64,000 nt of DNA from Zoogloea sp. Its GTDB lineage: Bacteria; Pseudomonadota; Gammaproteobacteria; Burkholderiales; Rhodocyclaceae. The notes beneath the pieces were generated by a model that saw nothing but the letters and a program-made list of their open reading frames with translations, had not been told where the DNA came from and did not search any database. The translations under genes and the position numbers were made by a program. This document shows, one piece after another, positions 9,367 through 20,344 of the stretch (position 1 is the first letter of the stretch; each line of letters begins with the position of its first letter). The stretch lies in the NCBI RefSeq assembly GCF_016703645.1, contig NZ_JADJBR010000009.1, one strand, 5' to 3'.

Positions 9367-10151
9367 GCCGCGGCTCCTGCCTTGCGGGTGCCATGGCCGC
9401 CCAGGTAGGCGGAGATCACGGCGTCGTTCTTCTGGACCTCGGCGGGCACGTCCTCGGCGATCTTCCTGCCGAAATCGAGCACCGCCAGACGGTCGCACAG
9501 GCCCATCACCAGCTTCACGTCGTGCTCGATGAGCAGCACGGTGACACCGTCGTGGCGGATGGTCTGGACCAGCTCGCGCAGCTTGCCGGTCTCGGTGGCG
9601 TTCATGCCCGCCGCCGGTTCGTCGAGGGCCAGTAGCTGGGGCTCGGTGGCCAGGGCGCGGGCGATCTCCAGGCGGCGTTGATCGCCGTAGGAGAGGTTTT
9701 TCGACACGGTATCGGCAAAGCGCTCGATGCCCACGTAGCGGAGCAGCTCGAAGGCGCGCTCGGTGATGAGGCGCTCTTCCTCCCGGGCATGCCTGGTCTG
9801 CAGCAGGATGGAGAAGGGGTTGGCCCGGGAGCGGATGTGATGGCCGGCCATCACGTTCTCCAGGGCGGTGAGCTCCCGGAAGAGCCGGATGTTCTGGAAG
9901 GTGCGGGCAATACCCGCGGCCACCACCTCGTGGGGCTTACCGGTGGGCAGCTCGGTGCCGTTGAAAACGATCTCGCCTTCTTCGGGCACGTAGGCGCCGG
10001 TAAGCACGTTGAAGAAGGTGGTCTTGCCCGCGCCGTTGGGGCCGATCAGGCCATACACCTCGCCCTTGCGGATGGTCAGGGACACGTCGGACAGGGCCGT
10101 GAGGCCGCCAAAGCGCTTGGTGACGTGCTTCGCTTCGAGCAGGGTGATCAC
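9363..10151 (-). CDS. livG: Branched-chain amino acid ABC transporter ATP-binding protein
   Basis: GPNGAGKTT, ARTFQNIRLF, LSYGDQRRLEIARA, LDEPAAGMN. Confidence 0.95.
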   Translation of the reverse strand: MITLLEAKHVTKRFGGLTALSDVSLTIRKGEVYGLIGPNGAGKTTFFNVLTGAYVPEEGEIVFNGTELPTGKPHEVVAAGIARTFQNIRLFRELTALENVMAGHHIRSRANPFSILLQTRHAREEERLITERAFELLRYVGIERFADTVSKNLSYGDQRRLEIARALATEPQLLALDEPAAGMNATETGKLRELVQTIRHDGVTVLLIEHDVKLVMGLCDRLAVLDFGRKIAEDVPAEVQKNDAVISAYLGGHGTRKAGAAA

Positions 10152-11260
10152 TTGGCCGCCTCCGCGGGGGCGGGCTTGCCCACCACCAGCTCCGGACGGG
10201 AATAGCGGCTGTGGGCCGGAATCAGGCCCGCCGGGCGCAGCAGCATCATGAAGATCATGGCCAGGGAGAGCAGCAGCATGCGCAGCACTTCCGGGTCAAG
10301 AATGACCTGGTTGAACACCGCCTGCTGCACCGGCACGGCCACATGGCGCAGGATCTCGGGCAGGGCCGTGAGCGCCAGCGCGCCCACCACCACCCCGGCC
10401 AGATTGCCCATGCCGCCGAACACCACCATGGTGAGCACGGCGATGGACTCCATCAGCGAGAAGCTCTCGGGGGACACGAAGCCCTGGAAGGCGGCAAACA
10501 GCCCGCCAGCCACACCGCCAAAGGTGGCCCCCAGGGAGAAGGCCAGCAGCTTCATGTTGCGGGTATTGATGCCGATGGCCTTGGCGGCCAGCTCATCATC
10601 ACGGATCGCCGCCCAGGCCCGCCCGACCCGGGAGATCTGCAGGCGCTGGACCAGGATGATGGACAGCACCACGAAGGCCAGGAAAACGTAGTAGTACAGG
10701 AACAGGGAGTTGATGGTGATGTCGTCGCCGATCTTCAGGGGCCGGGAGATGTCCCAGCCGAAGAGCACCAGCGGGTCGATCATGTTGATGCCCTGGGGCC
10801 CGTTGGTGATGTTGATCGGGTGGTTCAGGTTGTTCAGGAAGATGCGCACGATCTCGCCGAAACCCAGGGTCACGATGGCCAGGTAATCACCGCGCAGCCG
10901 CAGGGTGGGCAGGCCGAGGATGATCCCCGCCAGCGCCGCAAACACGGCCCCCAGCGGCAGCACCAGCCAGAAGGGCAGGTGCAGCTCGAAGTGGGGCGAG
11001 GCCAGGAAGGCGAAGGTATAGGCCCCCACCGCGTAGAAGGCGATGTAGCCCAGATCGAGCAGGCCCGCAAAGCCCACCACCAGGTTGAGGCCGATGGCCA
11101 ACATCACGTAGAGCAGGGCGAAATCGAGAATGCGCACCCAGGTCTTGCCGAAAAGCATGGCAATGAGGGGGGCGCCGAGGGCCAGGGCCAGCACCACCCA
11201 GCGGGCTGCAGCCGGGTTGCGCTTGCCGAGCCAGGGAATGGCGAGGGCGAGTTCATTCAT
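10148..11260 (-). CDS. livM: Branched-chain amino acid ABC transporter permease
   Basis: GLNLVVGFAGLLDLGYIAFY, LRGDYLAIVTLGFGEI motifs. Confidence 0.95.
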   Translation of the reverse strand: MNELALAIPWLGKRNPAAARWVVLALALGAPLIAMLFGKTWVRILDFALLYVMLAIGLNLVVGFAGLLDLGYIAFYAVGAYTFAFLASPHFELHLPFWLVLPLGAVFAALAGIILGLPTLRLRGDYLAIVTLGFGEIVRIFLNNLNHPINITNGPQGINMIDPLVLFGWDISRPLKIGDDITINSLFLYYYVFLAFVVLSIILVQRLQISRVGRAWAAIRDDELAAKAIGINTRNMKLLAFSLGATFGGVAGGLFAAFQGFVSPESFSLMESIAVLTMVVFGGMGNLAGVVVGALALTALPEILRHVAVPVQQAVFNQVILDPEVLRMLLLSLAMIFMMLLRPAGLIPAHSRYSRPELVVGKPAPAEAAK

Positions 11261-11320
11261 GGGGAGACACTCTCAATGGCAGCGAGCGCGATGGATGAGG
11301 GCAGATCCGGGGCTTCCGCC

Positions 11321-11381
11321 GGGCCGCCCCAGGGAAGTCCCGCGCGCCCCTGGGGGGCGGCGAACGCAGTGAGCGTGGGGG
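11321..11381. repeat. REP-like palindromic intergenic repeat
   Basis: GCCGCCCCAGGG...CCCCTGGGGGGCGGCGAACGCAGTGAGCGTGGGGG resembles a short dispersed repeat style common in betaproteobacteria; lies between livH and livM. Confidence 0.5.
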
Positions 11382-11389
11382 TCGTCATA

Positions 11390-12322
11390 TCAGGCGCGGT
11401 CTGCGACGCGTTCACCCAGCAGGCCGGTGGGCCGGAAGATGAGCACGATGCCCAGAATGATGAAGGCGAAGATGTCCTGGTAGCTGGAGTTGAGGAATCC
11501 GAAGCTCATGTCCTCGATGTAGCCGGCACCGATGGACTCCACCAGCCCCAGCAGCAGCCCGCCGAGCATGGCGCCACCCAGGTTGCCGATGCCCCCCAGC
11601 ACCGCCGCGGTGAAGGCCTTGAGGCCGGGCATGAAGCCCATGGCGTAGTGGGCGATGCCGTAGTTGGACGAATACATCACCCCGGCCACGGCGGCCAGCG
11701 CCGAGCCGATGATGAAGGTGGCGGCGATGATCTTGTTGGTGTCCACGCCCATCAGGCTGGCCACCTTGTGGTTCTCGGCAGTGGCCCGCATGGCGCGGCC
11801 GAGGCGGGTCTTGTTGACCAGCAGCACCAGGGCCACCATCAGCACCGCCGACACCCCCAGGATGACGATCTGCACCGGGGTGATGAAAACACCGGCGACG
11901 GGTTCCAGGGGCGTGGTGGACACCAGTTGCGGGAAGGTGTGGTAGTTGCGGCCCCAGATGATCATGGCGAGGGTCTGGAGCAGGAAGGACACGCCGATGG
12001 CGGTGATCAGGGGCGCCAGCCGGGGCGCATTGCGCAGGCGGCGGTAGGCGGTACGTTCAATGGTATAGCCGAGGATCATGCACACCACCACCGAGATCGA
12101 CAGGCCCGCCAGCAGGGTGGGCACGAGGCCGAGTTCGGGGGCGTGGATCTGGAGCAGGCGGATCGCCTCGAGGGCGACCAGGGCGCCGACCATCAGGATG
12201 TCGCCGTGGGCGAAATTGATGAGGCCGAGAATGCCGTAGACCATGGTGTAACCGAGGGCGACGAGGGCATACACGCTACCCACGACGAGGCCGTTTACGG
12301 TTTGCTGGAGAAGGGTTTCCAT
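11390..12322 (-). CDS. livH: Branched-chain amino acid ABC transporter permease
   Basis: NGLVVGSVYALVALGYTMVYGILGLINFAHG, GLKAFTAAVLGGIG; start METLL at 12322. Confidence 0.95.
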   Translation of the reverse strand: METLLQQTVNGLVVGSVYALVALGYTMVYGILGLINFAHGDILMVGALVALEAIRLLQIHAPELGLVPTLLAGLSISVVVCMILGYTIERTAYRRLRNAPRLAPLITAIGVSFLLQTLAMIIWGRNYHTFPQLVSTTPLEPVAGVFITPVQIVILGVSAVLMVALVLLVNKTRLGRAMRATAENHKVASLMGVDTNKIIAATFIIGSALAAVAGVMYSSNYGIAHYAMGFMPGLKAFTAAVLGGIGNLGGAMLGGLLLGLVESIGAGYIEDMSFGFLNSSYQDIFAFIILGIVLIFRPTGLLGERVADRA

Positions 12323-12420
12323 GGAAACGACCGGAAAAGATGAAAGGAATGCCGGGGCGGGTGCTGCAGCGTGGAGGCCCATTCCTGCGCCTCCACCGCC
12401 CCGGCGCGGTCAGACGGATC

Positions 12421-13533
12421 TTATTGCAGGGCTTCCCACTTGCCGGCCTTGAACTGATAGACCGTCACGGCGCCGTCCTTGATGTCGCCCTTGGCGTCGA
12501 AGGCCACAGTGCCGATCACGCCCGGGAAGTTGACCTTGGCGATGCTGCCGGCGTACTTGGCCGGATCGGCGCTGTTGGCGGCCTTCATGGCCTCAATGAT
12601 GGCCGAGGCGGCGTCGTAGGAATACGGGGCGTAGATCTGCACGTCGGCATTGAAGCGCTTCTTGAAGCGTTCGTTGAAGTTCTTGCCGCCCGGCATCTTT
12701 TCAAGGGGCAGGCCCGGCTGGGTGCAGTAGGTGTTGCCGCTGATCGCATCGCCGGCCAGCTTGATGACTTCGCCGGTACAGCCGCCGTCACCGGTGATGA
12801 ACTTGGCGTTGATGCCGAGCTGCTTGATCTGCTTGAGCATGGGGCCGGCCTGGGTGTCCATGCCGCTGTATACGATCACGTCGGGGTTCTGGGCCTTGAT
12901 GCGGGTCAGGATGGCCAGGAAGTCGGTGGCCTTGTCGCTGGTGAACTCGCGCCCGGTGAGGCTGCCGCCGTTGGCCTTGACGGCTTTCTCCACCTCGTCG
13001 GCGAGGCCCTGGCCGTAGGCGGTGCGGTCGTCGATCAGCGCAATCTTCTTGCCCAGCTTGGTGGCGGCATACTTGCCGATGGCCAGCCCCTGCTGCACGT
13101 CGTTGGCGATGGTGCGGAAGGTGGCCTTGAAGTTCTGCTGGGTCAGCTTGGGGTTGGTGGAGGCGGGAGAAACCTGGGGCAGGCCGGCCTCGTTGTAGAT
13201 GCGCGAGGCGGGAATGGAGGCGCCGGAGTTGAGGTGCCCGACAACCCCCTTCACTCCACTGTCAGCCAGACGCTGGGCCACGGTGGTGGCAGTCTTGGGG
13301 TCGGCCTGGTCGTCCTCGGCCTGCACATCAAACTTCACCTTCTTGCCGCCGAGGGTCACGCCCTTGGCGTTGTAGTCCTCGATGGCCAGGCGGACGCCGT
13401 TCTCGATGTCCTTGCCCAGGTGCGACTGGGTGCCGGTGAGCGGCGCAGCGACGCCCAGCTTCACAACTTCCTGGGCGGATACGGCAGATGCACCAAGACC
13501 GAGCACGGCAAGGGCGACAAGGCGGTATTTCAT
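12421..13533 (-). CDS. livK: Branched-chain amino acid ABC substrate-binding protein
   Basis: Signal peptide MKYRLVAL.., EDDQADP, VVGHLNSGASIPAS, DDRTAYGQGLAD; start at 13533. Confidence 0.92.
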   Translation of the reverse strand: MKYRLVALAVLGLGASAVSAQEVVKLGVAAPLTGTQSHLGKDIENGVRLAIEDYNAKGVTLGGKKVKFDVQAEDDQADPKTATTVAQRLADSGVKGVVGHLNSGASIPASRIYNEAGLPQVSPASTNPKLTQQNFKATFRTIANDVQQGLAIGKYAATKLGKKIALIDDRTAYGQGLADEVEKAVKANGGSLTGREFTSDKATDFLAILTRIKAQNPDVIVYSGMDTQAGPMLKQIKQLGINAKFITGDGGCTGEVIKLAGDAISGNTYCTQPGLPLEKMPGGKNFNERFKKRFNADVQIYAPYSYDAASAIIEAMKAANSADPAKYAGSIAKVNFPGVIGTVAFDAKGDIKDGAVTVYQFKAGKWEALQ

Positions 13534-13684
13534 GCGGGTTTCTCCTCTGGTTTGTAGGGTACGACGCTGACTAGCAACTTCGGGGCCGGGCTGCGGGACA
13601 GCCCTCCTGTCACGATGTGACATCCTCCCCAAGGGAGGGACGCGCGCCCTTCGGGCGGCCGGGCGGGCGCGCTCGCGCTGTGTT

Positions 13685-14809
13685 TCAGGGCCGGGCTTCC
13701 CACTTTCCGGCATTGAACTGGTAGAGGGTCACGCCACCCTCACGGCTGTCGCCGCTCGCATCGAAGGCGATATTGCCGGTCACGCCCTTGAAGCTCAGCT
13801 TCTGCATCTGGGGCAGGTATTTGGCCGGGTCGGAAGAGCCAGCCGCCTTCATGGCCTCGATCAGGGCCGTGGTGGCGTCGTAGCTGTAGGGGGCGTAGAG
13901 CTGCACGGGCACGCCGAAACGCTTCTTGAAGCGCTCGTTGAACTCCTTGCCGCCCGGCATTTTGTCCATGGGGATGCCCGCCTGGGTGCAGTACACATCG
14001 CTGCTCATGGCCGCGCCGGCAATCTTGATCATCTCGGCAGTGCAGGCACCGTCGCCTCCCAGGTACTTGGCGGTGATGCCGAGCTGCTTCATCTGCTTGA
14101 GCAGTGGTGCCCCCTGGGCATCCATGCCGCCATAGAAGATGGCATCGGGCTGGGCTGCCTTGAGCTTGGTGAGGATGGCGGCAAAATCGGTGGCCTTGTC
14201 GGTGGTGAACTCACGCCCCACCGGCGGGGTGCCGAGTTTCTTCAGGCTATCCACCAATGCGTCGGCCAGCCCCTGACCGTAGGCGGTGCGGTCGTCGATC
14301 ACGGCGATGCGTTTGGCCTTCAGCACCTCGGTGGCAAAGCGGGCCATGGCGGCGCCCTGCTGCAGGTCGTTGGCAATGACCCGGTAGGTGGTCTTGAACT
14401 TCTGCTGGGTCAGCTTGGGGCTGGTGGAAGACGGGGTGATCGCCGGGATGCCCGACTGCTCGTAGATGCGCGAGGCCGGAATCGACGCACCCGAGGTGAC
14501 ATGGCCCACCACGCCCTTCACGCCCGCATCGGCCAGGCGCTGGGCCACCGTGGTGGCGGTGCGCGGGTCGGCCTGGTCGTCCTCGGCCTGCAGCTCGAAT
14601 TTCACCTTCTGGCCACCGATGCTCACGCCCTTGGCGTTGGCGTCGTCGAGGGCCAGCTGGGCGCCGTACTGCTCATCCTTGCCCACGTGGGCAATCGGGC
14701 CGGTCAAAGGGCCGGCAAAGCCGATCTTCACCACTGCCTGGGCCAGGCTTGCAGAACTGCCCGCCACCATCACACCGGCCAGGGCCAGCTTCAATGCGCC
14801 GTGTTTCAC
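13685..14809 (-). CDS. livK: Branched-chain amino acid ABC substrate-binding protein (tandem paralog)
   Basis: Same motifs as the neighbouring paralog; GTG start at 14809 with GGAGG RBS. Confidence 0.9.
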   Translation of the reverse strand: MKHGALKLALAGVMVAGSSASLAQAVVKIGFAGPLTGPIAHVGKDEQYGAQLALDDANAKGVSIGGQKVKFELQAEDDQADPRTATTVAQRLADAGVKGVVGHVTSGASIPASRIYEQSGIPAITPSSTSPKLTQQKFKTTYRVIANDLQQGAAMARFATEVLKAKRIAVIDDRTAYGQGLADALVDSLKKLGTPPVGREFTTDKATDFAAILTKLKAAQPDAIFYGGMDAQGAPLLKQMKQLGITAKYLGGDGACTAEMIKIAGAAMSSDVYCTQAGIPMDKMPGGKEFNERFKKRFGVPVQLYAPYSYDATTALIEAMKAAGSSDPAKYLPQMQKLSFKGVTGNIAFDASGDSREGGVTLYQFNAGKWEARP

Positions 14810-14934
14810 CTGTTCATCCTCCGCAAAGGGTCTTCGTGCCAGAATGGGCACCCGATTTTTCCGCCCACAATGAGGTGGATTGTAACCAAGCCCGGCCGCT
14901 TTGGCGGGATACGGGCCTATCCGGAGAATCCCCG

Positions 14935-15417
14935 ATGCGCAGGCTGTTTTCCCTCTTTGCCGCTACCCTCACCGTGGCCGGACTGGCCGCCTGTGATGCG
15001 GTCACCCTGAATGAACTCAAGCCGGGCATCTCTACAGGCTATGAGGTGCGCGACAAGCTGGGCAAACCCGGCATCGAGTGGCGCAATGACGACGGCAGCG
15101 TGACCTGGGAATACACCCGTCAGCCGGAAGGGACGGAGTGCTTCATGGTGACGGTGGGCCCCGACAATGTCCTGAAGAGCATCGAGAACGTGCTCACGCC
15201 ACAGAACTTTGCACGGGTTCAGGCGGGCTGGACCAAGGACCAGGTGCGGCGCCTGCTGGGCAAACCACGTTCGGTTCAGGTCTTCGCCATGAAGAAGGAG
15301 GAAGTCTGGGACTGGCGCCTGCCCCCCGAAGTCAGTGCCGAAGTGTTCTTCAACATCCACTTCGGTGAGAACGGGCAGGTCAGCACCACCAGCCGCACGG
15401 TCCAGCCGCAGCGCTGA
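14935..15417 (+). CDS. SmpA/OmlA (BamE-like) domain lipoprotein
   Basis: Lipobox LAAC; two SmpA-like repeats (EVRDKLGKP..W.Y; QVRRLLGKP..WDW); GGAG RBS. Confidence 0.75.
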   Translation: MRRLFSLFAATLTVAGLAACDAVTLNELKPGISTGYEVRDKLGKPGIEWRNDDGSVTWEYTRQPEGTECFMVTVGPDNVLKSIENVLTPQNFARVQAGWTKDQVRRLLGKPRSVQVFAMKKEEVWDWRLPPEVSAEVFFNIHFGENGQVSTTSRTVQPQR

Positions 15418-15513
15418 TCCAGGGCACCGTCCCGCGGCGTACCGGCGAGAAACCCCTCAAGCCGGCGGCTCCGGGGCCGATAGCTAGGGCAACGTCATGC
15501 CCTGGAACCTGTC

Positions 15514-17295
15514 ATGCGTCAAAATCTGCCCGTCACATCGAACGAATACCCCATCGCCGACGGTGCCGCCATCATCAGTCGCACCGATCTTGCCGGCAAC
15601 ATCACCTACTGCAATGAGGAGTTCATTGCAGCCAGCGGCTTCACCCGCGAGGAGGTCATGGGCAAGCCCCACAACATCCTCCGCCATCCGGACATGCCCT
15701 CCGAAGCCTATCGGGACATGTGGGCCACCCTGCAGCGGGGCCGGCCGTGGAGCGGCATCGTCAAGAACCGGCGCAAGAACGGCGACTTCTATTGGGTCCG
15801 CGCCACGGCCACCCCCATCGCCGACCGCTCGGGCTACATGTCGGTGCGCATCAAGGCAAGCCGCGATGAAATCGCGGATGCCAGTGCCCTCCATGCACGC
15901 ATGCGCGAGAAGCCGGGGATCCGTCTGGCCGAGGGGCAGCTGGCCCCCACCGGGCTAACCGCCACCCTGACGCACCTGCTTCCCCGCAGCACCCTGGGGA
16001 CCCGCATCGCCCTGATCAGCGGGGGCCTTGCTGCACTCTGTGTGCTTGCCGGCGTTGCCGGGCTGCATGCCGCCAGCCAGAGCCGGAACACCATGGACGC
16101 GCTCGTGCAGGAGCAGGCTCGCCTCCTGGTGCAGATCCCCCCGGATGACCCCGCCCGCCCTTTTCTGAAACAGCTCACCGATGCGGGCAACACCTCCCTC
16201 GCCGCCCAGGATGCCGACCATGCCCGTACCCAAAGGCTGCTGTCCGCCCTGATCGGGGGCGGGTTGAGCCTCGCTGCGCTGGCCTCCGTTCTGCTCATCC
16301 GCCGCCTGCACCGTTCCGTCGAGGCGGGCAAGCGCGCCGCAGCGGCCATCGCGGCGGGCGATATGCTGCAGCCCCTGCCCCCCGCCAGCGAGGACGAACT
16401 GGGCAGCCTGATCGTGCATATGGCGGTGATGCGCAACAACCTCCACGAATTGATCGCCTCGATCCGGAATGAGGTCAGGATCCTGCTGGGCAACGCCAGT
16501 GGCCTGAGCGCCACGGCGGGAGAGACCCGGATGCTGGCAGAGGCCCAGTCGGAGTCTGCAGCGGCAATGGCCAGTGCGATCGAGCAGCTCTCCGTTTCCA
16601 TCGACCACATCAGCGACCATGCCCGGGAATCCCGCGAACTGTCGGAGCATTCCCGCACTCAGGCCGCCCTGGGCGCCCAAGTGATCGGCGATGCCCTCTC
16701 CGAAATGCAGGTCATTGCCGACTCGGTCAATCAGACCGCCCGGTCCGTGCGCAACCTGGAGAGCCTGTCCGGAGAGATCTCCATGATCGTCGGGGTGATC
16801 CGCGAGATCGCCGACCAGACCAACCTGCTGGCCCTGAATGCCGCCATCGAGGCTGCGCGTGCCGGTGAATCGGGCCGGGGTTTCGCCGTTGTGGCCGACG
16901 AGGTACGCAAGCTGGCGGAACGCACCTCCAGCTCCACCTCGGAAATCGCCGCCATGATCGAACGCATCCAGGCTGCCACCCGCAGTGCCGCCGCGGACAT
17001 GGATGGCGGCGTGGAGCGGGTGACCCGCGGACTCGCCCTCGCCGACGAGGCGGGCAGCACCATCCAGCACCTGCAGGAGGGCAGCAGTCAGGTTCTCGGC
17101 GCGGTGGAGGGCATCACCCTTGGTCTGGGCGAGCAATCGGCCGCCGCACGGGACATCGCCCAGCGTGTGGAGCAAGTCGCGGGCGCCTCGGAATCCAATG
17201 CGGCGAGTGCCGCGCGGATCACCCGGGCGGCAGGCGAACTCGAAGACCTGGCCCGCACGCTGGAAGCCCTTTCCGCCCGCTTCCGCATCGCGTGA
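15514..17295 (+). CDS. aer: Aerotaxis receptor (PAS-HAMP-MCP)
   Basis: [33 protein letters not shown] domain; MCP core [40 protein letters not shown]. Confidence 0.9.
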   Translation: MRQNLPVTSNEYPIADGAAIISRTDLAGNITYCNEEFIAASGFTREEVMGKPHNILRHPDMPSEAYRDMWATLQRGRPWSGIVKNRRKNGDFYWVRATATPIADRSGYMSVRIKASRDEIADASALHARMREKPGIRLAEGQLAPTGLTATLTHLLPRSTLGTRIALISGGLAALCVLAGVAGLHAASQSRNTMDALVQEQARLLVQIPPDDPARPFLKQLTDAGNTSLAAQDADHARTQRLLSALIGGGLSLAALASVLLIRRLHRSVEAGKRAAAAIAAGDMLQPLPPASEDELGSLIVHMAVMRNNLHELIASIRNEVRILLGNASGLSATAGETRMLAEAQSESAAAMASAIEQLSVSIDHISDHARESRELSEHSRTQAALGAQVIGDALSEMQVIADSVNQTARSVRNLESLSGEISMIVGVIREIADQTNLLALNAAIEAARAGESGRGFAVVADEVRKLAERTSSSTSEIAAMIERIQAATRSAAADMDGGVERVTRGLALADEAGSTIQHLQEGSSQVLGAVEGITLGLGEQSAAARDIAQRVEQVAGASESNAASAARITRAAGELEDLARTLEALSARFRIA

Positions 17296-17347
17296 AAAGA
17301 CCGGGCGGGGCGCCCGGTGCTCCATCGTGCACTTTGCATGGAGCAAC

Positions 17348-17480
17348 TGTTCATTTTCGATACACACCGCCAAATCAGTTGCGGCAATGCACCAATCTCG
17401 AGCAGCTAGCACAAGGGGTTGATAAAGATAGACTTTCTACTGATAGATGCGACTGATCACCCTCTGGCACGCCACCTGCT
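17348..17480 (+). promoter_or_regulatory. Sigma54 promoter of aldB with IHF site and candidate enhancer
   Basis: -24/-12 TGGCAC-N5-CTGCT at 17465-17480; IHF consensus WATCAANNNNTTR on the minus strand at 17412-17424; TGT-N11-ACA at 17348-17364. Confidence 0.7.
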
Positions 17481-17536
17481 GATAGGAGATAACGCTGCGC
17501 AAAGCGTTTTCAATCCAAATCCAGGAGGAGACTTCC

Positions 17537-19057
<1,521 letters not shown>

Positions 19058-19093
19058 TCCAAGTGTCGTAGTTAGTGTAAGGCAAGGTGTTAC

Positions 19094-19120
19094 GGGGCGA
19101 GGTCACTCGCCCCTTTTTTT
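19094..19120 (+). terminator. Rho-independent terminator after aldB
   Basis: GGGGCGAG-GTCA-CTCGCCCC followed by T7. Confidence 0.85.
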
Positions 19121-19146
19121 CGTTTACCTCATCCAAGGACACGACC

Positions 19147-19515
19147 ATGGTTGATCGCGTCACCGCCACCGAGGCGGCCCTGCAGTTCATCGAAGAACTG
19201 CGTGCCGAATTCGGCCCCCTGATGTTCCTCCTCTCCGGAGGCTGCTGCGACGGCAGCGTCCCCAACTGTTACAAGGTCGGCGAAGTCCTGCCCGGGCAAA
19301 CGATGATCCTTCTCGGCCAGGTCGGTGGCGCCGATTTCTATCTCGGCCATCAGGAATTCCAGTATTACGAGAACAGCCAGCTGGTTCTCGACGTCCAGCC
19401 CGGCAACGGTGGAGACTTCTCCCTTGATTGCGGGCGCGGCAAGGCCTTCACCACGCGCTCCCGCCTCTTCACCGATGCGGAGCAGGCCACACTCAGGCCC
19501 ATCGACGCTCCTTGA
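19147..19515 (+). CDS. DUF779-family protein
   Basis: SGGCCDGS motif, LDVQPGNGGDFSL, TRSRLF; the usual partner of aldB. Confidence 0.85.
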   Translation: MVDRVTATEAALQFIEELRAEFGPLMFLLSGGCCDGSVPNCYKVGEVLPGQTMILLGQVGGADFYLGHQEFQYYENSQLVLDVQPGNGGDFSLDCGRGKAFTTRSRLFTDAEQATLRPIDAP

Positions 19516-19586
19516 GAGGGGGGTGACCAAGCCGGCTGCGCGGCGCGATCTCATCCCTTTGCAGGCCCGGCCCACGGGCACCGGGA

Positions 19587-19859
19587 CTACTCGGGAACGA
19601 CCACCAGGGATCCGTCGGGCAGGCGGTAGGCCGTCCCGGCACGGACCCCGCCCTCAACCGAGGTCGTCGCCCCCTCGCCCTGAAAGCGCTCGACCTTCTT
19701 CGCTTCCGCTACCCGGCGTGATGCTCCGGTGGCGGGGTCTCGCGCCACCGCCAGCAGCAGGGCAGCCACCAGGACCAGGAACACGTCGATCAGGTTGACC
19801 AGCGACAACAGGGGGTCGTCGTCCCCTTCATCGTCAAGGCGCAGGCGGATCCGGTTCAT
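19587..19859 (-). CDS. DUF2149-family protein
   Basis: DDPLLSLVNLIDVFLVLVAALL; C-terminal GTAYRLPDGSLVVVPE. Confidence 0.8.
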   Translation of the reverse strand: MNRIRLRLDDEGDDDPLLSLVNLIDVFLVLVAALLLAVARDPATGASRRVAEAKKVERFQGEGATTSVEGGVRAGTAYRLPDGSLVVVPE

Positions 19860-20341
19860 CGCGGCATCTCGCTCTTTTCGAGGGTCAGCAGATCGCTGGC
19901 ATACCAGCGCCGGCGCACGCTGACCACCCAGTAGCCAAGGGCTGCCGCGATCAAAGCCAGGATCACTGCCGAGAAAGCCACCATCAGGCTACGCGACACA
20001 TCCCCCAGCTCGCCGTCCCCCAATGCCTTGAGCGCCGGCCCCATGGGAATCATGGTGGCAGCCAGGCCAAGCATGGGTGCCACCCGGGTTGCAATGCGGG
20101 CGAACTCCAGGCGGGCCAGCGCGAGCGCCTCCAGGTCAACAATCCGCAGGCCCGGGTCCTGGCGGCGGGCCTCGATCAATTCGAAGCCCGCCGCCAGCCC
20201 GACCCTACGTTGTCGGGCCTGCCAGAGAAAGGCCCCGAGGGCATGGAAGGCGTGCAGGAAGAGCACGCCGATGGCCAGCAGCACCGGTATCAGAAACAAC
20301 TGACTGGCGGCGTACATCAGGCCTTCGATGGCTTGGTTCAT
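19856..20341 (-). CDS. MotA/TolQ/ExbB proton-channel family protein
   Basis: RIATRVAPMLGLAATMIPMGPAL..VAFSAVILAL..RRRWYASDL. Confidence 0.85.
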   Translation of the reverse strand: MNQAIEGLMYAASQLFLIPVLLAIGVLFLHAFHALGAFLWQARQRRVGLAAGFELIEARRQDPGLRIVDLEALALARLEFARIATRVAPMLGLAATMIPMGPALKALGDGELGDVSRSLMVAFSAVILALIAAALGYWVVSVRRRWYASDLLTLEKSEMPR

Positions 20342-20344
20342 GGG

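Noticed and set aside
10211-12343. 710-aa plus-strand ORF, and similar long ORFs at 17510-19006, 47467-49512, 57380-59470 and 45660-47042
   Set aside because: Antisense shadows of well-supported genes (liv, aldB, ABC-F, purU/aminomethyltransferase, kinase); expected in high-GC DNA and lacking domain motifs
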